DNA of 64,000 bases from an uncultured Acidimicrobiales bacterium (GCA_943788915.1 CALSSD010000005.1:310001-374000), one strand, 5' to 3'; shown: positions 20,490 through 30,488, numbered from the stretch's first letter. Made by a program: numbers and translations. Notes: generated by a model not told the origin, from the sequence alone.

Positions 20490-20779
20490 CAGCCCCGGTC
20501 ACCATGCCGACCGAAACGGTTGATGCCGATACCAGCATCGACCCGGACCGGCCTTGGATCGTGCTCGTATGGAACGATCCGATCAATCTCATGAGCTACG
20601 TCACTCACGTTTTGCAGAAACTCTTCGGGTATGACCAAGAGAAGGCGACCAAGCTCATGATGGACGTTCATGAAAAGGGTCGTGCTGTTGTGTCTAACGG
20701 CCCTCGCGAGAAGTGCGAACTCGACGTGTTCCGGCTCCATGAGCATGGCCTGTGGGCCACGCTCAGCCAAGACGACTAA
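20486..20779 (+). CDS. clpS: ATP-dependent Clp protease adaptor ClpS
   Basis: [31 protein letters not shown]. Confidence 0.95.
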   Translation: MTAPVTMPTETVDADTSIDPDRPWIVLVWNDPINLMSYVTHVLQKLFGYDQEKATKLMMDVHEKGRAVVSNGPREKCELDVFRLHEHGLWATLSQDD

Positions 20780-20805
20780 CAGCAACATGACTGCGATCGA
20801 TACCA

Positions 20806-21270
20806 GTGGCCCTTTCCTTCCGTCGTAATGGCGACGGCTCGTTCGGCGTCACGCTGCCGATACACGACCGTTCGCTGCTCGAAGCACTCGTGCCACAAAT
20901 GCGCGAACTCGTCGAGCATCATGATCCCGATACGTGGCGGATGTTTCCGAACCCGTATCCGAAACACGAAAAGGCAGCCGACGAATACTCAGAGTTGATC
21001 GGCGATGACCTGAAGAACGGCCACCTCGCTGCGCTCGACACGGTCATGAAGACCCTCGACGCGAAACGCCTCGATGAAGATCAAATGATCTCGTGGATGC
21101 AGGCGGTCAACCATTTGCGACTCTTCATGGGTACCCGGCTTGGGGTCACTGAGGAGAGCGACTTCGACGACTTCTCGACCGACGAGGGTCTCGCCTTGTT
21201 CGAGATGTACTGCTATCTCGGTCATGTCCTCGAGCTCATCGTGCAGGCGGTTTCCGGCAATGACTTCTGA
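20806..21270 (+). CDS. DUF2017-family protein
   Basis: R.FP.PY, W...VN.LRL..G.RLGV motifs; follows clpS as is usual in Actinobacteria. Confidence 0.8.
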   Translation: MALSFRRNGDGSFGVTLPIHDRSLLEALVPQMRELVEHHDPDTWRMFPNPYPKHEKAADEYSELIGDDLKNGHLAALDTVMKTLDAKRLDEDQMISWMQAVNHLRLFMGTRLGVTEESDFDDFSTDEGLALFEMYCYLGHVLELIVQAVSGNDF

Positions 21271-22042
21271 TCGCACGACCGCAGCGAGCCTCCTTCCGTT
21301 TGCACTCGAAGTTGTCGAAGCTGCTGGCAAACTCACGCAGAGTTTCTTCCGCTCGCCCGATCTTGAGATTGTGGCCAAAGAAGATGGCACGCCGGTCACC
21401 CAGGCTGACCAAGGTGCCGAACGTCTGATCCGCGATGCCATTGCCGCCGAGTTCCCAAACGACGCCATCATGGGCGAAGAATACGGCGCGACAGATGCGG
21501 CCTCGGGTCGCCAATGGGTGATTGACCCGATCGATGGCACCAAGTCGTTCGCCGCTGGTGTGCCGCTGTACGCAAACCTGCTGGCAGTCATCGACGATGG
21601 CGAACCGGTACTCGGTGTGCTCAATCTGCCTGCCGTTGGCGAGATGTTGTCAGCAGTTGTTGGCCACGGCGCTACCTGCAACGGCGAGTCGATCCGTGTC
21701 AGTCAAAAGTCAACGCTCCACGGCGCGTACGTCATGACCAGCAGTGTCAGGTACTGGCCCGAAGACTTTCTGCAGCGGGTGCTCGACGAAGACATGATCC
21801 TGCGAACCTGGGGTGATGCCTATGGCTACGCCATGGTCGCCTCTGGCCGAGCCGAAGCCATGCTCGACCCACGAGCCAACCTATGGGACGTTGCACCGAT
21901 CGGCGTGATCTTGTCCGAGGCTGGCGGCGCGTTCACAGACCTCGAAGGCAACGCCCAGGTCACGGCTGGCAATGGCATCGGCACCAACGGCGTGCTGCAC
22001 GACACGTTCTGCGCCACCTTCCCCGCTGCCGACTGGCGATAG
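21260..22042 (+). CDS. hisN: Inositol monophosphatase family, likely histidinol-phosphate phosphatase
   Basis: K.DGTPVT.AD, GEE, WVIDPIDGTKSF, R.WGD.YGY, WD..P. Confidence 0.8.
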   Translation: MTSDRTTAASLLPFALEVVEAAGKLTQSFFRSPDLEIVAKEDGTPVTQADQGAERLIRDAIAAEFPNDAIMGEEYGATDAASGRQWVIDPIDGTKSFAAGVPLYANLLAVIDDGEPVLGVLNLPAVGEMLSAVVGHGATCNGESIRVSQKSTLHGAYVMTSSVRYWPEDFLQRVLDEDMILRTWGDAYGYAMVASGRAEAMLDPRANLWDVAPIGVILSEAGGAFTDLEGNAQVTAGNGIGTNGVLHDTFCATFPAADWR

Positions 22043-22048
22043 CACCAC

Positions 22049-22097
22049 GTCACGCGGGGTCAGACCCTCCGTCACGCGGGGTCTGACCCCGCGTGAC
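22049..22097. repeat. GGGGTC-W-GACCCC palindromic REP-like doublet
   Basis: GTCACGCGGGGTC T GACCCCGCGTGAC perfect 13-bp-arm palindrome (22071-22097) preceded by a partial copy. Confidence 0.85.
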
Positions 22098-22134
22098 GGC
22101 GTCGGTGCGCGACCATGGAGCCATGATCGAAGGT

Positions 22135-22767
22135 ATGGATGAGTTTGTGAACGGCCCCTCCTTCATGACGAGTTGGGCCGACCTCGCAGCAGAACTCGCA
22201 CTCGATGCTGAACCGGCCAACGACATCGGCTTCGATCTTGCGGCGTGCCACACCGAACCCCATCGGCACTACCACACGATGGAACACATCACCGCGGTGC
22301 TCGGCCACCTGCGGGATCTGCACGCGGCGACCCCCATCGCCAAGCTCGCAGCCTTCTTCCACGATGCGGTCTACGAACCCACCCGTAGCGACAACGAAGC
22401 CCAAAGTGCAGAACTCGCCCGAGAAGTGCTGCGGGCGGTGGACCGGCCCGAGGCCGACGATGTGGCTGCCATCGTGCTGGCAACAGCGCAGCACGAACTG
22501 CCACTCAACGGCCCTCGCGAGACCGCAGCCTTCCTCGACGCGGACCTAGCAATCCTGGCCGCCCGCCCGGACGTGTACGACGCGTACACCGTGAACGTAC
22601 GAGCCGAGTACAGCCACGTAGCAGACGACGACTTTCGCAACGGACGCAGGGCCATCCTCGAAGGTTTCCTGCAACGAGATCAGCTGTTCTTCACCACCAT
22701 TGGACAGGCCCGGTTCGAGGTCGCTGCTCGAGCCAACCTTCGCCGCGAGATCACGTCGTTGAGTTAA
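22135..22767 (+). CDS. HD-superfamily metal-dependent phosphohydrolase (COG4339-like)
   Basis: EPHRHYHT..H, FHDAVY, DNE..SA, DADL.IL, VR.EY, AR.NL. Start 22123 or 22135. Confidence 0.88.
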   Translation: MDEFVNGPSFMTSWADLAAELALDAEPANDIGFDLAACHTEPHRHYHTMEHITAVLGHLRDLHAATPIAKLAAFFHDAVYEPTRSDNEAQSAELAREVLRAVDRPEADDVAAIVLATAQHELPLNGPRETAAFLDADLAILAARPDVYDAYTVNVRAEYSHVADDDFRNGRRAILEGFLQRDQLFFTTIGQARFEVAARANLRREITSLS

Positions 22768-22862
22768 CGCTTCGACTCGATCGGCCATGTCACATTCGGG
22801 GCAACCACCACGGCCTGGCTACGCTCGGACAACCATCACCATCGAGCAACTCTGGACACACC

Positions 22863-24344
22863 ATGAAGGTCGAACATCTCGCAACGGTTGATCATGCCTT
22901 GCCGCCTAACGACGACCATCCCTACCGCACCGGCGTGTGGCGACCCCAGGTCAATGAATACGACGCCTTTTACGAACCCGGCGACGCTGATGTCATCGGC
23001 GAGATCCCTGCCGATCTGAATGGTGTCTATCTGCGCAACACCGAGACGGCCTTGTTCGAACCAATCAAGCGGTATCACCCGTTCGACGGCGACGCTTTGA
23101 TGCATTCGATCTCGTTCGAGAACGGCCACGCTCGTTATTCGAACCGGTTCATCCAGACCGAGGGTTTTCTTGCGGAACAGCAGGCGAAACAGAGTTTGTG
23201 GGCAGGGATCACCGAACATCCTTCGAATGCGATCGCAGACCATGGTTGGGGCGCTCGCACGATGATGAAGGACAACGCCAGCACCGATGTTGTTGTCCAC
23301 GGCGGACAGGCCTACGCCAGCTTCTACCAGTGCGGCGAGTTATATGGGTTCGATCCCCGAACCATGGAATCACAGGGCCAAGCCGACTGGAACGGCCGCT
23401 TTCCAGCCGAAGGCGTGTCTGCGCACTGCAAGGTCGACGAACACACCGGCGAGTTGTTGTTCTTCAACTATCACCAGCAAGCGCCATACATGCACTACGG
23501 CGTGGTTGATCGCTCGGGAACCGTGACCAACTATGTGGACATCCCGCTACCTGGGCCTCGACTACCCCATGACATTGCCTTTACCGAGAACTACACGATC
23601 CTGAATGATCTGCCGCTCGGTTGGGACGAACAGGCGTTGGCCGACGGCTGGTTCTCGAACAAGTTTTGGCGTGACCTTCCGAGTCGTTTCGCCATCATTC
23701 CTCGGCACGGAACCACTGCCGACATCCAGTGGTTCGAGGCCGATCCGACCTTCGTCTTGCATTGGGCTAACGCGTACGAAGACGGCGACGAAATCGTGCT
23801 CGATGGCTACTTCCAGCACAACCCGACTGCCCGTGGCGTCGACCGGTCCACTGGTGTACATAAGGGTTTCGAGACGCTCGATATGAACGTGCTCGAAGCG
23901 CGCGCTCATCGGTGGCGATTCAATCTGGTCACTGGAGCCACGACCGAAGAATCGTTGACCGACCGTTGTGCAGAGTTCCCGATGGTGAATGGGCGTCATG
24001 CCGGACGCCACCACCGCTACATCTACGAAGCTCGATGCACACACGGGTTGTTTGCATTCGACGCTCTCATCAAACGCGATGTCGATGCGGGCACCGAGAC
24101 GCTGATCGAGTTTGATCCTGGCGTGTTCGTGAGCGAGACAGTGATGGCACCCCGTAATGGTTCTACGGCCGAAGACGATGGCTACCTGGTCACGTTCACG
24201 AGCAATATGAATACCAACGAGTCTCACTGCATGATCCTGGATGCCGCCGACCCAACGTCAGGTCCGGTCGCGCAGATTCGATTGCCCGAACGCATCAGCA
24301 GCGGCACGCACTCAACCTGGGCTCCGCTGTCTGACCTCGGGTAG
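22863..24344 (+). CDS. Carotenoid oxygenase / lignostilbene dioxygenase family protein
   Basis: GEIP.DLNGVYLRN, HPFDGD, four Fe-ligand His (SAH, PHD, LHW, THS), EDDGYL. Confidence 0.93.
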   Translation: MKVEHLATVDHALPPNDDHPYRTGVWRPQVNEYDAFYEPGDADVIGEIPADLNGVYLRNTETALFEPIKRYHPFDGDALMHSISFENGHARYSNRFIQTEGFLAEQQAKQSLWAGITEHPSNAIADHGWGARTMMKDNASTDVVVHGGQAYASFYQCGELYGFDPRTMESQGQADWNGRFPAEGVSAHCKVDEHTGELLFFNYHQQAPYMHYGVVDRSGTVTNYVDIPLPGPRLPHDIAFTENYTILNDLPLGWDEQALADGWFSNKFWRDLPSRFAIIPRHGTTADIQWFEADPTFVLHWANAYEDGDEIVLDGYFQHNPTARGVDRSTGVHKGFETLDMNVLEARAHRWRFNLVTGATTEESLTDRCAEFPMVNGRHAGRHHRYIYEARCTHGLFAFDALIKRDVDAGTETLIEFDPGVFVSETVMAPRNGSTAEDDGYLVTFTSNMNTNESHCMILDAADPTSGPVAQIRLPERISSGTHSTWAPLSDLG

Positions 24345-24628
24345 TCCGCCTTTGCTCGTCCCTCACAAACGCTGTCCGAGCTCCACCCATCTACGGTCCC
24401 GGCAACCCCAACCACCACCCCGGCAGTCCGCCTTTGCTCGTCCCTCACAAACGCTGTCCGAGCTCCACCCATCTACGGTCCCGGCAACCCCAACCACCAC
24501 CCCGGCAGTCCGCCTTTGCTCGTCCCTCACAAACGCTGTCCGAGCTCCACCCATCTACGGTCCCGGCAACCCCAACCACCACCCCGGCAGTCCGCCTTTG
24601 CTCGTCCCTCACAAACGCTGTCCGAGCT
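24343..24628. repeat. Tandem repeat, about 3.5 x 82 bp identical units, between convergent genes
   Basis: Units start 24343, 24425, 24507, 24589; flanking stop codons (24344 and 24627) lie in the repeat ends. Confidence 0.97.
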
Positions 24629-25463
24629 ACACCGGGTTACTCGGGTACCAGAAACCGCCGGCAGTACCTAGGCCGGTGAAGGCGCCGACGCTGGGACCGA
24701 TGCGATACCGCATGATTTCGGTGACGTCATCGCGAAGCGCCAGACGAATTTCAAGGCCGTCGTAATACGGCATCGCTGAGGCATCGGCAATACCAAGGGC
24801 GACCCGAATGGGTGCGCCGTCCAGGTGCATCGTGGCGGCAAGTAGGTCAGTGATCTGGGTGACATCGTGCCCGACACCAACCGACTCGAAACTGCCGCCG
24901 GGTCCAGAGCGAAATACGTCGACACCGGTCGCCGAGGTATCAAAAACAACTCGTCCACTTGCATGCAACAGCTCTGCGGCACCCAACGCCGTCACGCTAT
25001 AGAGCTGCTCAGCCAACCCTTCGGCGGCAGCAATCGCTTGATCAACACTTCCGCCTTCGTCCAGGACCTGCGCCGCTTGCCATACGCAGCAGCTGACACC
25101 AAAGGACAACGTTTGACTGTCCACGAGCCGCACATCGATATCGACCATGCCTGCCGCAATTCGGGCGCTGTTGAGCGTGCCAGACAACGCCGATCCAACA
25201 TGGATGGAAATCACCTGATCGTGGCCGGCGGCTGCACACGCCTGATAGGTCTCGACGAACGCACCGGGGCTCGGTTGGCTGGTTGTTACTTCCGGGGTTG
25301 TGTCGCCAAAAAGTGCGTAAAACCCGTCGGCATCAAGATCGACACCTTCGAGATAACTCGTGCCGTCGACCGTGACGGGCATCGGCACCACCCGTATGCC
25401 GTAGCGGTGTTGCAGGGTCGACGGAAGCTGCGAGTTCGAATCGGTGACGATTGCAGGGCGCAT
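24627..25463 (-). CDS. DegV family fatty-acid-binding protein (FakB-like)
   Basis: IVTDS, TTSQPSPG, LSGT..SA..A, VDSQT, terminal GP....TG.G. Confidence 0.92.
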   Translation of the reverse strand: MRPAIVTDSNSQLPSTLQHRYGIRVVPMPVTVDGTSYLEGVDLDADGFYALFGDTTPEVTTSQPSPGAFVETYQACAAAGHDQVISIHVGSALSGTLNSARIAAGMVDIDVRLVDSQTLSFGVSCCVWQAAQVLDEGGSVDQAIAAAEGLAEQLYSVTALGAAELLHASGRVVFDTSATGVDVFRSGPGGSFESVGVGHDVTQITDLLAATMHLDGAPIRVALGIADASAMPYYDGLEIRLALRDDVTEIMRYRIGPSVGAFTGLGTAGGFWYPSNPV

Positions 25464-25517
25464 GGTTCACAAACCACGCGGCATTGCCCGATTATTCCCG
25501 CGCTGCTCTGGCCTCTC

Positions 25518-26201
25518 TTACTCTTTGCTGGCAGCGCAATCGTCCTCGCTGCAGCCCAATCCCCGGTTGTTGGAGGACCCCTCGTCAACGTCGGCCGGGG
25601 GTGTGCGAGGCGCCTCGGCGGCGAACCGGTAGATGATCGCGGCACTCGCAACCGCCGCGGCGGCGGGCATCGAGCAACCAGCAGCGGGTGCCCATGCGTT
25701 CGGAAGACGGTGTTTAGTCCAAACAGCCGCAAGCAGCGTCCAAAGAGCACATGTGACACCGATCGTGGCCACGGGTTTGGCCTTCCAGAAATCACTTTTG
25801 GTCGCCACGATGCCAAGGGCAATGTCCACTGGCAGATACGCAGGGAACGTAGCCAGCATCTGACCGAAGCTAGCAGCCACACCTTTGCCACCACGGAAAC
25901 CACGATTGGCGGGGAAACAATGTCCGAGCACCGCTGCACACGCTGCCACATTTGCGCCCGGACCACCTGCCACGGCGCGCCCAACCTGGCCAGCCACGAC
26001 AGCCTTGCCCATGTCCATACCGAAGACCGTCGCTCCGGCCCGTTTACCCAACAGACCGGTGATGTTCGCTGCCCCAGGGTTACCCGAACCAGCGCCACGT
26101 GGATCGAGCCCCGCAGCCACGATCTCGGCCGAAGGCAACATGCCAACCACGTACCCGAGTGCTGCTACTCCGAGCACAGGTAACGCAGCAACGCTGGTCA
26201 C
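25518..26201 (-). CDS. plsY: Glycerol-3-phosphate acyltransferase PlsY
   Basis: GSGNPGAAN, D..K, AAVLGHCFP, F.GGKGVA; start uncertain (26201 or 26231). Confidence 0.85.
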   Translation of the reverse strand: MTSVAALPVLGVAALGYVVGMLPSAEIVAAGLDPRGAGSGNPGAANITGLLGKRAGATVFGMDMGKAVVAGQVGRAVAGGPGANVAACAAVLGHCFPANRGFRGGKGVAASFGQMLATFPAYLPVDIALGIVATKSDFWKAKPVATIGVTCALWTLLAAVWTKHRLPNAWAPAAGCSMPAAAAVASAAIIYRFAAEAPRTPPADVDEGSSNNRGLGCSEDDCAASKE

Positions 26202-26217
26202 GGCAGAACCACTTTCG

Positions 26218-26877
26218 TCAGGCTTGGACAACTACAACGTCTGGCTCGGACTCGTTGCGGTGGCGATACCAACGCACCATCTCGATAAGTCCGGTAATAC
26301 TCAAGGCCGTGCCAAACGCGAGCCAGAACGCCTTGCTGTGGTCATCTTCGAAGAGGTCACCGAAGAAGTAGCCGATAATCGCGGCGTAACCAGCCCACAA
26401 CGAGGCCGCCAAGATATCCCAGGGAAGGAACCACTTCTTGAACGGCCGCTCGGTGGCGCCGCAGGACAGGGTCATCAGCGTGCGCCCGCCGGGGATGAAA
26501 CGAGCGGTGATGAGCAACAACCCGCCTCGTTTGTCGATCTGCGCGGCTGCTTTCGCCATCTTTTCGTCGCCATCGCCGTTCTTACGGCCCATCAGGCTTG
26601 TTACCCGCGAACGAAACCGCTTGCCCAAGGTGTAAGCAATCGAATCGCCAAAGAATGCCCCAACGGCACCCATAAAGATCACGAGCAGCAGCAACTGGTC
26701 GCCCTGCCCAGCGGCGATACCTCCGATGATCACGGTGGACTCGCTGGGCACGATCGGGACAACGGAGTCCAAAAGAGCAATGATGAAGATCACCAAGACG
26801 AACCACCATCGCGCCGATATATCGCCCAACCATTCGGTCAGACCGTTCACTACGTCGAACACACCCGAAGCGATCAT
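26218..26877 (-). CDS. DedA family membrane protein
   Basis: LDS..P.VPSE, GD...Y..G, ARFIPGGR motifs. Confidence 0.92.
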   Translation of the reverse strand: MIASGVFDVVNGLTEWLGDISARWWFVLVIFIIALLDSVVPIVPSESTVIIGGIAAGQGDQLLLLVIFMGAVGAFFGDSIAYTLGKRFRSRVTSLMGRKNGDGDEKMAKAAAQIDKRGGLLLITARFIPGGRTLMTLSCGATERPFKKWFLPWDILAASLWAGYAAIIGYFFGDLFEDDHSKAFWLAFGTALSITGLIEMVRWYRHRNESEPDVVVVQA

Positions 26878-27184
26878 CGTGGCTAAAACTAGTGCGTAAC
26901 GAGGACAAACCAGGCCTTCTGGTCTGTGAATTGGCCTGCCTAGCGATTCCTCTTGGTTCCCTCTTGCCTCATTCGATCCGATGGAGCCTCTCACGAGTCA
27001 AACCACCGCGCCAGCGGCTAACGCATGCACCCTGGTGACCAGAGCCACCTCGGTGCCTGATAGAGCTTCGAAGCAGTAGCCGAGCCCAGACCACCCGCTA
27101 CCATCGCCTATCGGCACGCGGGAAGGCTTGGGGCGGGATTCCAGGCCTGCCACAATCTTGGGGTCGACAAAGGGGAATCAAGCC

Positions 27185-27385
27185 GTGAATGTGTTGTGGG
27201 GAGGCCTGATACTCCTGGTCGGCGTCCTCTTCGTTGCGTGGGGTCGAACGCGTTCGGACTTCGTCGTCTACCGACTCTTTGTCGCTCGGTCCCGCGTGCT
27301 GTGGGGCGATCGAGTGCACGGCTTCTATCAGGTTGCCGGCATTGCCATGATCGCCTTCGGCCTGCTCGTCGCCATCCTCGGGTGA
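27185..27385 (+). CDS. Small two-TM hypothetical protein
   Basis: 66-aa ORF with two hydrophobic segments and GC-typical codons; GGGGA upstream. Confidence 0.55.
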   Translation: MNVLWGGLILLVGVLFVAWGRTRSDFVVYRLFVARSRVLWGDRVHGFYQVAGIAMIAFGLLVAILG

Positions 27386-27500
27386 GCCATGTGGTCGACG
27401 GCACCGGAGCGTCGACCCAGCAGCCCTAGAACGAGGTCCTGGGAACTCTCGAACGAAGGGCGATGCCCGCATGTCACCATGCTTTCGGCGCACCAAAACG

Positions 27501-27536
27501 CACATTCCCAGGTGACCGAAGCCACCTGGGAATGTG
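27501..27536 (-). terminator. Hairpin downstream of tRNA-Glu
   Basis: CACATTCCCAGGTG / CACCTGGGAATGTG 14-bp inverted repeat immediately 3' of the tRNA. Confidence 0.65.
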
Positions 27537-27541
27537 ATGTG

Positions 27542-27614
27542 TACCCCGTACGGGATTTGAACCCGTGTTACCGGCGTGAAAGGCCAGCGTCCTAGGCCGC
27601 TGGACGAACGGGGC
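27542..27614 (-). tRNA. tRNA-Glu (TTC)
   Basis: Cloverleaf GCCCCGT/ACGGGGT, anticodon arm CTGGC-CTTTCAC-GCCGG, T arm ACGGG-TTCAAAT-CCCGT; CCA not encoded. Confidence 0.95.
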
Positions 27615-27791
27615 CCTAGCTTCCCCCGAGAGGGAAGCGGTCGTCACTGTATCAACCCAGCAACCAGCTCCATCCGAGAATGTGTCAAAATTCAAGATCA
27701 AGGTGAGAACAAGCCACATCCAAGAATTTGCCGAAATTCGATACAAAACTCTGGGGGTGTTTGCGATTCAACCGATAGGGTTTCTCCCCGA

Positions 27792-27866
27792 GGTCCTGTG
27801 GTGCAGTTTGGAGTGCACGCCGCCCTGTCAAGGCGGAGGTCGCGAGTTCAAATCTCGTCAGGACCG
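27792..27866 (+). tRNA. tRNA-Asp (GTC)
   Basis: GGTCCTG/CAGGACC acceptor, CCGCC-CTGTCAA-GGCGG anticodon arm, GCGAG-TTCAAAT-CTCGT T arm. Confidence 0.95.
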
Positions 27867-27917
27867 CTTCACCCAATCGAAACTGAACGAGGCGTAACGC
27901 CAAGATCAGTGTCGTGG

Positions 27918-27990
27918 GGTCGGGTAGCTCAGTTGGCAGAGCGACCGCCTGAAAAGCGGTAGGTCACCGGATCGACGCCGGTCCCGACCA
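27918..27990 (+). tRNA. tRNA-Phe (GAA)
   Basis: GGTCGGG/CCCGACC acceptor, ACCGC-CTGAAAA-GCGGT anticodon arm, T arm ACCGG-ATCGACG-CCGGT (A at position 54). Confidence 0.93.
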
Positions 27991-28054
27991 CTCTTTTTCT
28001 TCCACACTGGCTCGTTGTCTACGAGCGTGTGGCTGGCGAGAGATGGAGAGCCAG

Positions 28055-28125
28055 GGTGCAATGGCTGACCGGTGCAATGGCTGACCGGTGCAATGCTGAC
28101 CGGCTGACCGGTGCAATGGCTAACC
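28055..28125. repeat. Short tandem repeat, GGTGCAATGGCTGACC x about 4.5
   Basis: 16-bp units at 28055, 28071, 28087 (1-bp deletion), half unit 28102, 28110. Confidence 0.85.
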
Positions 28126-28146
28126 TCGATGCCGACGGTTACGCTG

Positions 28147-29175
28147 ATGGTTACACAGTCGAAAAATGCTCTCCGAGCCGTTGTTCTGCTCACTGCGTGC
28201 GTTCTGCTGGCGACAGCATGCGGCATCAGCGAAGGCGACCTTCTCGCAGGCATCGCGCCTCGCGATAACACTGCCTTCAATAACGGCAACGATGGCTTCG
28301 ACGCGGCCGTTCCCGATGCAGATGATGCTGGGGCCGCATTCGGGCTGGACCAGGGTGGCGCTGTCCCCGTTCAACTGTCCGGTGGCCAGGTGGATCTCTC
28401 GTTGGACCGATTCGACATCGATTGTTCCGACGAGGGACTTGGATCCGACGACACAGTGTTTTTTGCCGTTGCCCATGTTGTCGTCGACGGCAACCTTGGC
28501 GCGCTGTGTTTCGGCGAGTCGGGCCCCACCCTCATCCGTTCGTGGGAGACCCTCGCAGCGATCACACCCCCAGACCAACTCCGAGACCTCGGTCTCTTTG
28601 GCGGGTTCGAGGCCGACGATGAAACCGGCGGCACCACGCTGGCATTCGTAAATACGCTCGACGACGCAGGCACGCTTTTCCAGATGTCGATCAACCTCGA
28701 AGAAGCCGAGAACTATCCTGATGAACTCATGCTGACCATGGCTCATGAGTTCAGCCATGTCTTCACTGCGACCTCACCCCAAATCGACCGCTTCGCCGAA
28801 CCTCGCGATTGCAACACGTACTACAACGGCGAGGGCTGCTACACCGCTAACTCGGTGCTGGCGGAATGGGTTCGATTGTTCTGGGGCAACGGGCTGATCG
28901 ACCAAATCGATCCAGACCAGGAAGCAACCGTCGACAGCGGCGAGCAACGTTGCGCGGTCAACCCCAGCTTCTTCGGTGCATACGCTGCCAGCAATCCCGA
29001 AGAAGACTTCGCCGAAGCATTCTCGGCCTACGTATTCGACGTCCCCGCTGCTACGGACGAGCAAGAAGAGAAACTTGCGTGGATCCACACCCAGCCTGGT
29101 CTCGTCGAGTTCCGCGACCGCGCTATCGCCGCCAATCTCGGTCCGCTCGACAACAACTTCGATCCCTGTGGCTGA
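28147..29175 (+). CDS. Putative lipoprotein zinc metallopeptidase
   Basis: Signal peptide with lipobox LATAC; HEFSH zincin motif and YAASNPEEDFAE.F third-ligand motif. Confidence 0.8.
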   Translation: MVTQSKNALRAVVLLTACVLLATACGISEGDLLAGIAPRDNTAFNNGNDGFDAAVPDADDAGAAFGLDQGGAVPVQLSGGQVDLSLDRFDIDCSDEGLGSDDTVFFAVAHVVVDGNLGALCFGESGPTLIRSWETLAAITPPDQLRDLGLFGGFEADDETGGTTLAFVNTLDDAGTLFQMSINLEEAENYPDELMLTMAHEFSHVFTATSPQIDRFAEPRDCNTYYNGEGCYTANSVLAEWVRLFWGNGLIDQIDPDQEATVDSGEQRCAVNPSFFGAYAASNPEEDFAEAFSAYVFDVPAATDEQEEKLAWIHTQPGLVEFRDRAIAANLGPLDNNFDPCG

Positions 29176-29333
29176 CCGAAATCGGCACAGTCGGGTCCCT
29201 CCTGCCGGTTTTGGCCACCGTGCAGAGGGCGTAGCGAAGCCCGACGTTCACTGAAGTCCGTCTGATAAGACGTCGACACGAATTCGCGACTAAGTTCAGC
29301 CGTCTATACGCATTTCTATTTGGGGGAACCACC

Positions 29334-30488
29334 ATGCAAACCCGCGCAGCAATACTCGACGGCGTCGGCCAAGACTGGAAGGTCGAGACCATCAGCCTCG
29401 ATCCTCCGAAAGCTGGTGAGGTCGTGCTTGAACTCGTCGGCTCGGGCTTGTGCCACAGCGACGAACACATGGTCACTGGCGATATGGCATTGGCACCTGA
29501 AGTTCAGGCAGAACTCGGCATCCAGCAGTTCCCCATCATCGGCGGCCACGAAGGCGCTGGCCGGGTCGTAGAAGTTGGCCCTGGCGTCACCACCCTTGAG
29601 GTCGGCGACCATGTTGTGCTCGGCTTCATCCCCTCATGTGGGCGCTGCCCATCATGTGCAAAGGGTCAGCAGAACCTGTGTGACATGGGCGCTGTACTTC
29701 TTGCAGGCCGCCAGATCACCGACATGACCTCCCGTCACCATCGTCACGATGGCAGTGACCTCGGCATCATGTGCTGCATCGGCACGTTCTCCGAGGTCAC
29801 GGTGGTCAACGAGGCCAGCTGCATCAAGATCGAGAAGGACATACCCCTCGACAAGGCCGCACTCGTCGGCTGCGGCGTGACCACTGGTTGGGGCTCAGCC
29901 ACCTACGCCGCCGATGTGAAGTCTGGCGAAACCGTTGTGATCGTCGGCTGTGGTGGTGTTGGCATGAACGCCGTGCAGGGCGCAGCCATGGCTGGCGCCG
30001 CGAACGTGATCGCCGTCGATCCTGTCGAGTTCAAGCGTGAACAAGCACAGGTATTCGGCGCAACCCACACCGCCTCATCACTCGAAGAAGCGACTGCGCT
30101 CGTTATGGACCTCACCTGGGGTGCCATGGCCGAGAAGTGCATCATCACGGTCGGCGAGGGCCGCGGCCACCACATTGCCCCGGCGATGGCAATCATCGGT
30201 AAAGGCGGCCGAGTGGTGCATACATCTGTCGCTGACATCAACGACACCGAAGTCACCATGAGCCTGTTCGACCTGACGCTGATGCAGAAGGAACTGGTTG
30301 GATCGATCTTCGGTTCAGCGAACCCTCGCCGCGACATCCCTCGCCTGCTTCGCATGTACCAGAACGGCACGCTCAAGCTCGACGAGCTCGTCACCAACAC
30401 CTACGCACTCGATGACATCAACGTCGGCTACCAGGCAATGCGCGATGGCGAAAACATCCGCGGCATGGTCATGTACGACCACGGGTAG
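29334..30488 (+). CDS. Zn-dependent alcohol dehydrogenase, NDMA-dependent/mycofactocin-linked Rxyl_3153 type
   Basis: GLCHSD.H...GD, GGHEGAG, structural Zn cysteines, GCGVTTGWGSA, GVGMNAVQGA, G...GSANPR.DIP. Confidence 0.88.
   Translation: MQTRAAILDGVGQDWKVETISLDPPKAGEVVLELVGSGLCHSDEHMVTGDMALAPEVQAELGIQQFPIIGGHEGAGRVVEVGPGVTTLEVGDHVVLGFIPSCGRCPSCAKGQQNLCDMGAVLLAGRQITDMTSRHHRHDGSDLGIMCCIGTFSEVTVVNEASCIKIEKDIPLDKAALVGCGVTTGWGSATYAADVKSGETVVIVGCGGVGMNAVQGAAMAGAANVIAVDPVEFKREQAQVFGATHTASSLEEATALVMDLTWGAMAEKCIITVGEGRGHHIAPAMAIIGKGGRVVHTSVADINDTEVTMSLFDLTLMQKELVGSIFGSANPRRDIPRLLRMYQNGTLKLDELVTNTYALDDINVGYQAMRDGENIRGMVMYDHG

Noticed and set aside
22863..24344. Retinal-forming enzyme for a rhodopsin system
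   Set aside because: No opsin or carotenoid genes in the window; the family includes many stilbene and apocarotenoid cleavers, so substrate cannot be inferred.
24343..24628. CRISPR array, or coding ORFs 24241-24765 and 24363-24554
   Set aside because: Identical 82-bp units without spacers; the ORFs are translations of the repeat.
24867..26183. Long antisense or alternative-frame ORFs (also 53000-53887, 57119-58129, 62455-63474, 47604-48572)
   Set aside because: They shadow well-supported genes and have no motifs; expected in high-GC DNA.
27391..28100. Integrative element at the tRNA cluster
   Set aside because: No integrase and no duplicated tRNA 3' end (att site) seen in the window.
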